This document shows positions 1-8,599 of a DNA stretch of 64,000 nt, piece after piece. The translations under genes were made by a program, and so were the position numbers. The DNA comes from Nitrosopumilus sp. (GTDB lineage Archaea; Thermoproteota; Nitrososphaeria; Nitrososphaerales; Nitrosopumilaceae). The notes under the pieces were generated by a model. It was given only the letters and a program-made list of their open reading frames with translations. It was not told where the DNA came from and searched no databases. Positions within the stretch are counted from its first letter, which is position 1, and each line of letters starts with the position of its first letter. The DNA is taken from assembly GCA_963667665.2 (NCBI GenBank), contig OY763927.2:736001-800000 (forward strand), written 5' to 3'.

Positions 1-248
1 ATAAATTTTTTGACTTCAGGAATTTTATGATTTCCTATATCATAACCATCACGTCTTAGAAATTTTAGTGTAAACTTGTAAATCAATTCATCATGATTTA
101 CTTGATCCAATATTTCAGTCCATAGAACTTTTTCATTCATATCAATTTGTTTTTTAAAATCAGGATTCATAGATTCAGCAATATCTCGACATTCTTCCAA
201 AGTTTTACCATTTTTGTAGGCACGAACACGTCTATCACAGCTCTCCAT
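1..248 (-). CDS. Hypothetical protein, runs off window start
   Basis: Manual translation from ATG at 248: MESCDRRVRAYKNGKTLEECRDIAESMNPDFKKQ..., open to position 1; not in ORF track. Confidence 0.7.
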   Translation of the reverse strand, partial: MESCDRRVRAYKNGKTLEECRDIAESMNPDFKKQIDMNEKVLWTEILDQVNHDELIYKFTLKFLRRDGYDIGNHKIPEVKKF

Positions 249-327
249 AATCAAATAGAATCAAGATTGTAAATAAATATAGTTTGAAGGTGTTTCAAAC
301 AAATACTAGAGGAGAAAAGTAGGAATA

Positions 328-585
328 ATGGGCATAAAAACGACCTTAGAATATGTAGATTTTTTCATTAATCTCAACATGGGAGAAAACGTTAGTCTAC
401 TATGTTTTGTTAATAATGAAAAACTAGTTTTAAAACAAAAACTGGAATACAAAAATTTAGAAAAAGGGCCAATTAAAAAAGGGATAGAGATTTTAGAAGG
501 ATTGGTAAAAGAAATTAACCAGATTGGAGAAAAAGCAATACTAGAGAAATATCAAAAACAATTTCATGGAAAAGACAATGAATAA
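328..585 (+). CDS. Hypothetical protein
   Basis: 85-aa ORF, overlaps next gene start, operon-like. Confidence 0.65.
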   Translation: MGIKTTLEYVDFFINLNMGENVSLLCFVNNEKLVLKQKLEYKNLEKGPIKKGIEILEGLVKEINQIGEKAILEKYQKQFHGKDNE

Positions 586-1138
586 AAATTTAGAAATAAT
601 TAGAACAGAAATTATCAGAATTCTTCATGAAAATGGAAAAATTCGTGGAGCAGATCTTGCCAAAAGAGTAATAGAAAAAGTAGGTAATGAGAAAATTGTT
701 TACAGAGAAATCAGTGCTCTAGTTGAAGCAGGAGAAGTTGAAAAAAAGGTACACAACAGATCCCACATAGAATACGAGTTGATCAATTTATCAGAATCAG
801 TGAACAAACAACTCAAAAACTTACACAAAGAAATTGATATTATTTTCGATGAAATTGTTAATTTTGACAATATTAGTAAAGAAGATAAATTATCCACACA
901 TGAAAGATTAAGTTCAGTTATTCAGAGCATACACATAGTACAGTCAACTGATGGAGTGATGAAACTATTGTCTTATTATCCTGCATTTAAAAAAGACAAA
1001 ATGTTTTCACAAATAAATAGGAAAATTAATGACTGTTGGGAGATAATCATGAGCACTATAGCACATCAACCAGAAGATAATTTTCTAAATAAAATTCTAG
1101 CAAACTTAAGAATATCGCAATTTGATTCAAAGAATTGA
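566..1138 (+). CDS. Winged-helix domain protein (putative regulator)
   Basis: N-terminal wHTH pattern IIRILHENGKIRGADLAKRV...YREISALVEAGEVEKK...IEYEL followed by helical domain. Confidence 0.6.
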   Translation: MEKTMNKNLEIIRTEIIRILHENGKIRGADLAKRVIEKVGNEKIVYREISALVEAGEVEKKVHNRSHIEYELINLSESVNKQLKNLHKEIDIIFDEIVNFDNISKEDKLSTHERLSSVIQSIHIVQSTDGVMKLLSYYPAFKKDKMFSQINRKINDCWEIIMSTIAHQPEDNFLNKILANLRISQFDSKN

Positions 1139-1139
1139 A

Positions 1140-1412
1140 TTAGAGTTTCTTTAATTTCTCAACAATAACCTTAAGAATTTCTTCATCATCAAGCAGAATT
1201 AGGGGAAAGTCATTCTCTTCACTTGCTTTACGAAATTCGGTATCTTTTGTGATTATAATCATGTCATTTTCTCGAGCATAGTTAATTATAGAATAATCAG
1301 AACCAAGTTTTTTTCCAGTAATTTGCAATTTTCGTACGCTATAGGCATCAAAACCTTGCTCTTTGAGTCTTTCATCCATACCATCTAGATTTTCATCGAC
1401 TAGAATTTTCAT
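1140..1412 (-). CDS. DUF5615/Mut7-C-type PIN-like protein
   Basis: MKILVDENL...SDYSIINYARENDMIIITKDTEF motifs; start moved to ATG at 1412. Confidence 0.8.
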   Translation of the reverse strand: MKILVDENLDGMDERLKEQGFDAYSVRKLQITGKKLGSDYSIINYARENDMIIITKDTEFRKASEENDFPLILLDDEEILKVIVEKLKKL

Positions 1413-1495
1413 ATCATTCCATGAATTTATTTCAATATTAGTGTAAACTGACATTTCAAATGACAAGTACTTATTTTCAATAAAACCATTAATTT

Positions 1496-1732
1496 TTGAT
1501 GGATGTGAAAGATGAAGACAAGTCTGAAGAATCAATGAAAAATCATATCTCATATTACAAATCATTAACCAAAGTGATCTTAGATATTCAAAAAGAAGCA
1601 AATTCTGGAGTAGATTCAATAATTAAAAATCATCTAGATGAAAGAATTGAAGCAGTTGAAAAAGATAGAAAAAGAATTAGAAAAATGTTTCCAGAAATTA
1701 GAGAAGAGGAATGGGATGACAACACCAACTGA
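1496..1732 (+). CDS. Hypothetical protein
   Basis: 78-aa helical, charged ORF. Confidence 0.6.
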   Translation: MMDVKDEDKSEESMKNHISYYKSLTKVILDIQKEANSGVDSIIKNHLDERIEAVEKDRKRIRKMFPEIREEEWDDNTN

Positions 1733-1922
1733 AAAAAATCACAATAAACACCTGGACTTACTTCAAGACTATAAGACACATTTGGTAAAATATATCCTGG
1801 AATTAGAAAAAATGGACAAGCAGTCAGAATTTGCAAAAAAATGGAATGAGACCACCATAAAAGAAAGAAAGAAAGAACTGCAAGTAATAGACAAGATTTT
1901 GAAAAATTTGATTAGATTCTAG
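1716..1922 (+). CDS. Hypothetical protein
   Basis: ATG at 1716 (MTTPTEKNH...) overlapping upstream stop. Confidence 0.6.
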   Translation: MTTPTEKNHNKHLDLLQDYKTHLVKYILELEKMDKQSEFAKKWNETTIKERKKELQVIDKILKNLIRF

Positions 1923-2266
1923 TGGTGATATTTCTGCGTCAAGTCATAAAGGTATGTACAAAATTCATCTACATGTTCAGTAGATACTCCATCAAACCAA
2001 GCAAGTTCTTTATCGATATTAAAACCCTGAAAATCAAACTTCGAATGTACGAACTCCATTTCAGTATGAATTAGTTTTTTGATTTCTTCTTGTTCTTTTT
2101 TTGATAGTACATAGTTACATGTCATCAAATCAATCTGAACATAGTAATTTTTATGACTAGGATTTATCTTTGCTTTGATAAAGGGTTTGTTTAGTTGCTT
2201 ACATTCCATGTAATGTTTTTCATACTCAAACATCTTAGAGTCTCCAAGATATTTATGAAATACCAT
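1919..2266 (-). CDS. Hypothetical protein
   Basis: 115-aa ORF, typical composition. Confidence 0.65.
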   Translation of the reverse strand: MVFHKYLGDSKMFEYEKHYMECKQLNKPFIKAKINPSHKNYYVQIDLMTCNYVLSKKEQEEIKKLIHTEMEFVHSKFDFQGFNIDKELAWFDGVSTEHVDEFCTYLYDLTQKYHH

Positions 2267-2302
2267 AATGTTTAGGAAAAAATAGCGTTATCTAAATTTT
2301 TT

Positions 2303-2683
2303 CTAGATAGCAATAGTAATTTTCTTTATTTTTGTAATCAATCTAATTTTTGTGTTAATTGGCATTTCAGGTTCCATTGAAAAGTAGACAATATTTCTTT
2401 TTGTGTAAATTACCATTTGAGATACTTTTTCACGTTCAACATGAACATATCTTACTTTACCAAGAGTTCTGTCAAATTCTTTTCTCATAGTTCTTCTTTG
2501 AGCAACTTGTTTACAGAAATGCTCTTCTTCTTTTTGGGATTCAAGACTTGTTTTTCCTGATTTCATAATTGCTTCTCGAATGTTTCCCTTTGGATCAATT
2601 ATTGCTGCAAATCTCATTTTTGAATCTAAATCAAGAATGTTTTGTACAATCTCAAGCAGATCAACTTGTTTCTTTGCAACCAT
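2303..2683 (-). CDS. Roadblock/LC7-like thaumarchaeal protein (DUF6659-like)
   Basis: ILDLDSKMRFAAIIDPKGNI...RKEFDRTLGKVRYVHVEREKV pattern. Confidence 0.7.
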   Translation of the reverse strand: MVAKKQVDLLEIVQNILDLDSKMRFAAIIDPKGNIREAIMKSGKTSLESQKEEEHFCKQVAQRRTMRKEFDRTLGKVRYVHVEREKVSQMVIYTKRNIVYFSMEPEMPINTKIRLITKIKKITIAI

Positions 2684-2786
2684 TCTAATTCAAAAATTTC
2701 AGCACTAAATATAAGCTATTGAAAGCATTTCAAATGAACATATGATCAAAGTCATGGTTAAATTATTTTAAAAATATACATTCTGT

Positions 2787-3404
2787 ATGAAAAGCTCAAT
2801 CTCCAGAGTACTTGAAGAGTTAGAAATACAGTCTACACGTGAGAAATCAAAGAAAGAAGATATTCCACATGAAGATAGGATGCTTGCCATAACAAAAGAA
2901 ACAGGAGAGTTACTCAACATGATTTTGCGTCTAAAAAATGCAAAAAATATGCTTGAGGTAGGCATGTCAACAGGATATTCCACAATATGGTGTGCAGAAG
3001 CCATTTCAGAACAATCAGGAAAAATTATCACAATTGAGCAAAATCCAAGTAAAATTAGAAGAGCAAGAGAGAACTTTCAAAAAGCAGGAGTTACAAATAC
3101 AATAATCATAAAGGAAGGATTAGCAATGCAAATACTTTCAGAATTAAGTTTACAGAAAAAATATGGTAATTTTTTTGATTTTGTTTTAATCGATGCAGAT
3201 AAAGAGAATGTGATAGAATATTTTGATTTAATTCTTCCAATGGTTACAATTGGGGGAGTAATTGTTACAGATAATATGTTGTATCCTGAAAGATTTAGAG
3301 AAGAGATGAAGAAATTTTCAGACTATCTCAAAGAAAATCCAAAACTCCACACCATAACATTACCTATTGGAAATGGAGAGGAAATTACAATAAAGATAAG
3401 TTGA
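2787..3404 (+). CDS. SAM-dependent O-methyltransferase (family 3)
   Basis: LEVGMSTGYS motif I, FDFVLIDADK, GGVIVTDN. Confidence 0.9.
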   Translation: MKSSISRVLEELEIQSTREKSKKEDIPHEDRMLAITKETGELLNMILRLKNAKNMLEVGMSTGYSTIWCAEAISEQSGKIITIEQNPSKIRRARENFQKAGVTNTIIIKEGLAMQILSELSLQKKYGNFFDFVLIDADKENVIEYFDLILPMVTIGGVIVTDNMLYPERFREEMKKFSDYLKENPKLHTITLPIGNGEEITIKIS

Positions 3405-3417
3405 TGTATTGAAAGAA

Positions 3418-4227
3418 TTAGATTTGTAGTTTAAATCTCTGACTCAGAACAATCATAGATACAATGGACACCCCAAGAATTGCCAAAGTCATTGTGCCAA
3501 ACTCTGGAACTATAAATGTTCCAACAATAGTTAAAATTTTTGAATCAGCAGTCAATGACATAAACAACACATTAAGATCTCCTTCTCGAATATTCTCAAA
3601 ATCTGAAATCTTTTCGCCGTCAACCCAGATTGTAAATGGGCCATCAATTAGTCCAGAAGGCAATCGAAGTTCTAAATCATGATTCTCAGATTTTGCATCA
3701 CCAATTATCTCAAAAGTAATTGATTTTTGTTCTTCATCAATTATTGCAGTAGATAGTAAGCGGCTAAAGTCATACTCTACATTAAAGAAGGTAGTACCGT
3801 CACCAACTTGTTTGCCTACATTTGGAATAATAGAATATCCAGATGTCACAATTATTGTACCCATCATCCAAGGATGCAATGTACAATAATATGGATAGTG
3901 ACCTATCTCTGAAAATTTGTAAGTAAATGATTTTCCAGGTGCAAATTCTTTACTATCAAAAAGGCCATCAAGACCATCAGCTTCAGAACCAGAAGTCACT
4001 GTATGGAATGCAGTATCTGCATTTTTCCAAACAATAGTGTCCCCAACGAGAATTTCAACAATACCTGTAGTTGAACCGTCTTTTACACTTTGCCAGAAAT
4101 ATGGAGCCTGTGGATCTGATGAACCAGTTGGCATCTTTACATCATAACTAGTCTGTGCAAAGGCATTAGTTGAAAACGGGATTGTAAATAATACTACAAA
4201 TGCTAGAAGGGTAAGGATTTCTCTCAC
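3418..4227 (-). CDS. Plastocyanin/azurin-family blue copper protein with PEFG-CTERM anchor
   Basis: Signal peptide, HTVTSG and YYCTLHPWM copper ligands, C-terminal VPEFG + TM helix + basic residues. Confidence 0.92.
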   Translation of the reverse strand: MREILTLLAFVVLFTIPFSTNAFAQTSYDVKMPTGSSDPQAPYFWQSVKDGSTTGIVEILVGDTIVWKNADTAFHTVTSGSEADGLDGLFDSKEFAPGKSFTYKFSEIGHYPYYCTLHPWMMGTIIVTSGYSIIPNVGKQVGDGTTFFNVEYDFSRLLSTAIIDEEQKSITFEIIGDAKSENHDLELRLPSGLIDGPFTIWVDGEKISDFENIREGDLNVLFMSLTADSKILTIVGTFIVPEFGTMTLAILGVSIVSMIVLSQRFKLQI

Positions 4228-4327
4228 AAAGATATTGATGATAATTTAATTAAAAGAGTTTACTGTGTTTATAAAGACACACATTTTAGTTATTGTTATT
4301 TATTAATTAGAAAAAATGAATTGAGAC

Positions 4328-4552
4328 ATGAGAACAGGGATAGTAGTTGTTATTATTGGAATTATCATGTTTGCAGTTGGATTAGTATTGTTTTATTCTA
4401 TAGAATTAGGCCAAACAGATCCTGTTTTGAGATTTATCAAGAACATAGGTACGTTTGTAGGTCTTAGTGGAATGGGCGTCACGTTGGCAGGAGTTTTGTT
4501 ATATCTATTAAGTAAAAATGAACCACCAATAAAAGAGAGTTTTGATGTATAA
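4328..4552 (+). CDS. Small two-TM membrane protein
   Basis: Two hydrophobic segments. Confidence 0.7.
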   Translation: MRTGIVVVIIGIIMFAVGLVLFYSIELGQTDPVLRFIKNIGTFVGLSGMGVTLAGVLLYLLSKNEPPIKESFDV

Positions 4553-4620
4553 ACTAACAATCACACAAATACCAAAATGGTAAACTAAATTATTAGAATA
4601 AAATAAATCAAGATTAAGAA

Positions 4621-5046
4621 ATGACTGAAAAGATCTGGATTGGGGCAATTTATCTAATAGATGAAGGAGGATATGAAATAGTTCTAAAATCTTTAAAACA
4701 TTACAAAAATCGATTAAAAACTATGGGTAACAGTCCAGAATTAAAAAATGCAGCTGCAATGTTTGCATCAGTTTTAAATCAACAGGCAATGAAAACAATT
4801 CCAAAAATTGAGGAAGTAATTAAAAAGGTTCAAGACAATCTTGGAGATATTCAATCAGCTAGTAAGTTAAGTGAAGATGTTCCATTTTTAGAGAAGGCAT
4901 TGTCATGTTATGAAGCAGATATTCACAAAGCAGAAGATATTGGGCATGAATATTTTGTGAAATTAGTTGGAGATATGTTAATTGCAAGAAATGATCTTAA
5001 AATCATCAAGTTAGCACTAGACAAAATAAAGCAATATTCAAAATAA
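4621..5046 (+). CDS. Hypothetical protein
   Basis: 141-aa helical ORF. Confidence 0.7.
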   Translation: MTEKIWIGAIYLIDEGGYEIVLKSLKHYKNRLKTMGNSPELKNAAAMFASVLNQQAMKTIPKIEEVIKKVQDNLGDIQSASKLSEDVPFLEKALSCYEADIHKAEDIGHEYFVKLVGDMLIARNDLKIIKLALDKIKQYSK

Positions 5047-5048
5047 TT

Positions 5049-5279
5049 TTACAATCCTTGCAGATACCAGTCAAAATATGGGATTAATGCTTTACATTGC
5101 TTCTTCTTTTCAGCCTCATCATTCACATCTAAGATTTTTTGGATTTTCCCTTGAAGATATTCCGAGATTAATTCATTTTTGAATTGGGGTTTTATCTGAT
5201 TTAGAATTTCAAAAATCTTCTCTGATGGTGTGTTTTCAAAATCATCTAAAACATGTTTAATTTTATCCGCTAAAGACAT
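5049..5279 (-). CDS. Hypothetical protein
   Basis: 76-aa ORF. Confidence 0.6.
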   Translation of the reverse strand: MSLADKIKHVLDDFENTPSEKIFEILNQIKPQFKNELISEYLQGKIQKILDVNDEAEKKKQCKALIPYFDWYLQGL

Positions 5280-5309
5280 AAAATTCTTGTAAAAACACCC
5301 ATTATTATT

Positions 5310-5540
5310 TTATAGAACATCCTCATCATCCCAAGTGAGACGGAATCTTCCAGTAACTCTAAACATCTGAAGTTTGCCACCTTCTTTGAAAGTTATTTTA
5401 TGAGATATATGTGAAGAATCCTCAATTTCTATAGTCACATTATCTTTGATTGTTTGGAAAACTATTGGATTATTTGAAATTTGATTCCACTCTTCTTCAT
5501 CAAAATCCATGTAGAATTTTGTATATAATAATCCCATCAA
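5310..5540 (-). CDS. Hypothetical protein
   Basis: 76-aa ORF. Confidence 0.6.
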   Translation of the reverse strand: MMGLLYTKFYMDFDEEEWNQISNNPIVFQTIKDNVTIEIEDSSHISHKITFKEGGKLQMFRVTGRFRLTWDDEDVL

Positions 5541-5581
5541 TTAATGATAAAATGTACCTGAATAAATAACTAGATAATATT

Positions 5582-6163
5582 CTAGTTATCAAACGAGTTT
5601 TTTGGAATTGTTATTCCAAGATAACTTACAATTGTTGGAAAAATGATCTCAAAGTCCTTGTCATGTCTAACTATCTCAAAGATTTGGTGAATTAGCTGTT
5701 GAATTGTCAGATGTTCATCTTTATACAATGTTTTTTTTGGATTTTTTGCTGAATCCAAAATAGTAAATCCATTGTCTGTATTCAATAGATTTCTTAGAAG
5801 TGAGTTTGCAATTATTATTTTTTCATCCACATCTTTATGGTGATAATCTGCATCTAGTTTTTTGATTTTTAATTTTAAGTCATGAAAAGAATTTGTTGTA
5901 CTACGTTCAATGTGTTGTTGTGATTTATGTTCATAGTTTTCAGTTGAATAATAGAATTTCATATTACCTCTAGTTCGTACTGAGATGATTTCTTTCTCAA
6001 GTAAAGAATTCCTAGTCTTCTCAAATGTTGTTTTTGCCATAAATTCTGGTACAATTAGTTTTAGTAACGCATTATGATGTAAATTTGGATTAGATTGTAT
6101 TCTCTCAAGTAGAATCCTTTCACGCTCATACATCACTTGGTTAGGCTCATATCGACTCATCAT
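5582..6163 (-). CDS. Winged-helix domain protein (putative regulator)
   Basis: ILLERIQSNPNLHHNALLK...KTTFEKTRNSLLEKEIISVRTRGNMKFY wHTH; same size and architecture as 566..1138. Confidence 0.6.
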   Translation of the reverse strand: MMSRYEPNQVMYERERILLERIQSNPNLHHNALLKLIVPEFMAKTTFEKTRNSLLEKEIISVRTRGNMKFYYSTENYEHKSQQHIERSTTNSFHDLKLKIKKLDADYHHKDVDEKIIIANSLLRNLLNTDNGFTILDSAKNPKKTLYKDEHLTIQQLIHQIFEIVRHDKDFEIIFPTIVSYLGITIPKNSFDN

Positions 6164-6181
6164 TACTAGGTCGACCTAGTA
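6164..6181. promoter_or_regulatory. Perfect 18-bp palindrome, putative operator
   Basis: TACTAGGTCGACCTAGTA abutting the start codon of the wHTH gene 5582..6163. Confidence 0.6.
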
Positions 6182-6408
6182 TATACAGGTCAACTATAAA
6201 TTAGTATCTAGAGAATAAAATAAGATAGAAAAGTCAGTCTTCAACATGAGCTAAGTCATTATCAAATGGATCTAGATAATTCATCCATCTTTCAAGTTCT
6301 CCAAGATCTCCATCGGATTGAATCTGTCCAGATGTATAACAATACTGTAATGAATCATGCCTAGAATTTGACCTAAAAATACACTATTTATCCACTAACA
6401 CATCCATC

Positions 6409-7286
6409 CAACTCATCCTAAAACAGATCATTTTGTAAACATTTGATGATAGTATGGATCTAACAATAACATCTATCAAATCATTTCTATGATTCATAAA
6501 GAACTAACAGACAAACAGTGGAAATCAATTATACCACATTTACCAAAACCTGCAAGAACAGGCAGACCAAGATGTGATGATAGAACAACAATTAATGGAA
6601 TTCTATTTGTTCTAACTGTTGGATGCAGATGGGAAGAATTACCAGAAAAGTATGGTTCCAAATCAACTACACATCTACGATTACAAGACTGGCAGCAAAA
6701 AGGAGTATGGAAAAAGATTCTTTCTGGAATAATGAAATCAGCTTACAAACAAAACAAGATTAATCTGCAAAAGATATCAGTTGATTCATCATCAATTTCC
6801 AATAAAAAAGGGGCAACGTAACTGGATATGATGGTTTCAAGAAGATTCTAGGTACAAAAATACATGTTGCCGTAGATAGTAATGGATTGCCAATATCAAT
6901 TGTATGCAGTCCTGCAAATCAACATGATAGTACGAAATTTATCGATGTCATGGAATCAATTTCAGATTTTGTAGATGATTCTATGATAGAAGAGATCGTA
7001 TCAGTGTATGCAGACAAGGGCTATGATGCAAAATACATCAGGAATTATCTGAGAAATCATTCTATCAGATGCTGCATTCCATACAGGAATAATTCCAAAT
7101 TCATCGTACCAAATAACATGCAGAATAATTACAACAAGACAAGGTTTGTTGTTGAGAGATTCTTTGCATGGTTGAAGAATGGATTTCATAGAACAAGAAT
7201 CAGATATGAGAAGAACTGTGATAATTATCTTGGGTTTGTGTATTTGGCATCAATTATGATGTACTGGAGAGTTTTAGGATAAGTTG
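6409..7286 (+). mobile_element. IS5-family insertion sequence (two-ORF, IS427-like group)
   Basis: 16-bp TIRs CAACTCATCCTAAAAC (6409-6424) and GTTTTAGGATAAGTTG (7271-7286), 15/16 match; no clear TSD. Confidence 0.88.
6489..7282 (+). CDS. IS5-family transposase, orfA+orfB joined by -1 frameshift
   Basis: orfA LTDKQW...GRPRCDDR...GCRWEELP; A6G4 at 6804-6813; -1 frame continues GNVTGYDGFKKILGTKIHVAVD...ADKGYD...RFVVERFFAWLK. Confidence 0.88.
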
Positions 7287-7333
7287 CAATTATGTTTCTG
7301 TGGTTTTTACCGACCTTTTTTTCCTTCTCATTA

Positions 7334-8342
7334 TGCTGTGTTTCCTAACATGACTAGTTTATCTGATTAATTTCATCACTCAAGCTTTAGATCAGAACAT
7401 TTTGTATCATTCCATGAGTAGAAACTGGAAAAAATACAACAAATCATTAGTTAGACGTGGTGAAATCATGCTGTCTTTTGATGCCATAGAATCATGGACA
7501 AAAGAACTCAAAGAAATGAATCGCAGAAAAGAAGGACACCAGTATGTTTATCCTGAATCATTCATGGAAGCACTGGGATACTGCCATGCATATCTGCATA
7601 TTCCATATAGACAAACTGAAGGTCTGATAAAATCACATCTCAAATCCAAGACAGAAACACCAACATATTCTGCCATCTGGAAAAGAGTAAACAAGCTTGA
7701 CATCAAGATGAGCCCAAAGCTGGGAAAAGACATTGTCATTGCAATAGATAGTTCAGGAATCAAGGTTGCAGACAGGGATGAGTGGATGAGACAGAAATGG
7801 CAGAAAAGAAGAGGATTTCTCAAGATTCATGTGGCAGCAGATGTAAAATCAAAACAGATTACAGGTTTGGAAATTACAGATGATCATTCCCATGATTCCA
7901 AATCTTTTGTATCACTAGTTGAGCAGTCAAAGCAATTTGGAAATGTGACTAAGACACTAGCTGATGGTGCATATGACACAAAAGATAATTTTTCATATTT
8001 GTACCATGGTAACATAATTCCAGGAATCAAGACAAGAAAGAACTCATCAGTTACTACTGATTGCTATCCAAGAAGAAAGGCAGTACTGGCCCAAATGTAT
8101 AATTATGATTTGCAGAAGAACAGCGTAAGCTATGGCGATAGGTGGATCGTAGAAGGAGTGTTTTCTGCATTCAAAAGAATGTTTGGAGAGCATGTCACAT
8201 CACACAAAAGAGAAAACATGATTCATGAGTTGAAAATGAAGGTCTGTCTGTACAATAAAATGATTGCAATGCAATAGAAAAATCAAATGAATTCAAACAA
8301 TTAGAGAATGTTAATGATTAGTTGGGGTTAGGAAACAAAGCA
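7334..8342 (+). mobile_element. IS5-family insertion sequence (IS903/ISH1-like)
   Basis: TIRs TGCTGTGTTTCCTAAC (7334-7349) and GTTAGGAAACAAAGCA (8327-8342), 15/16 match; no TSD. Confidence 0.85.
7414..8277 (+). CDS. IS5-family DDE transposase
   Basis: NWKKYNKSLVRRGEI, IAIDSSGIKV, ADGAYD, RWIVEGVFSAFKRMFG. Confidence 0.9.
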   Translation: MSRNWKKYNKSLVRRGEIMLSFDAIESWTKELKEMNRRKEGHQYVYPESFMEALGYCHAYLHIPYRQTEGLIKSHLKSKTETPTYSAIWKRVNKLDIKMSPKLGKDIVIAIDSSGIKVADRDEWMRQKWQKRRGFLKIHVAADVKSKQITGLEITDDHSHDSKSFVSLVEQSKQFGNVTKTLADGAYDTKDNFSYLYHGNIIPGIKTRKNSSVTTDCYPRRKAVLAQMYNYDLQKNSVSYGDRWIVEGVFSAFKRMFGEHVTSHKRENMIHELKMKVCLYNKMIAMQ

Positions 8343-8504
8343 AAGTACGGCAAAAGGTGGCGGATGAAGATTGTGTTCCTTGCATTCAAGCGGATGTTAG
8401 ACGAACACCTGTACTCGCTAAAGTGGAAGAACTTGGTGCAGAAAGTCAGAATCAAGGTGGTCACGTACAACAGGCTGATAGACATAGGAACAAGAGCGGT
8501 GTAG
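8343..8504 (+). pseudogene. C-terminal remnant of a second, related IS5 transposase
   Basis: YGKRWRMKIVFLAFKRMLDEHL...IKVVTYNRL aligns with YGDRWIVEGVFSAFKRMFGEHV...MKVCLYNKM; begins at the TIR. Confidence 0.75.
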
Positions 8505-8599
8505 TGCAAAACATGCAAGACCCATATATGTTCCAAGTGAGCAAGTTCCAAACTCATGATATTTGTCCTAGTTTGAAACTGTATATTATGAGTGATATA

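Noticed and set aside
6230-6238. AAAGTCAGT as a duplicated aEF-2 3' end (casposon TSD)
   Set aside because: Only 9 bp, with no adjacent TIR
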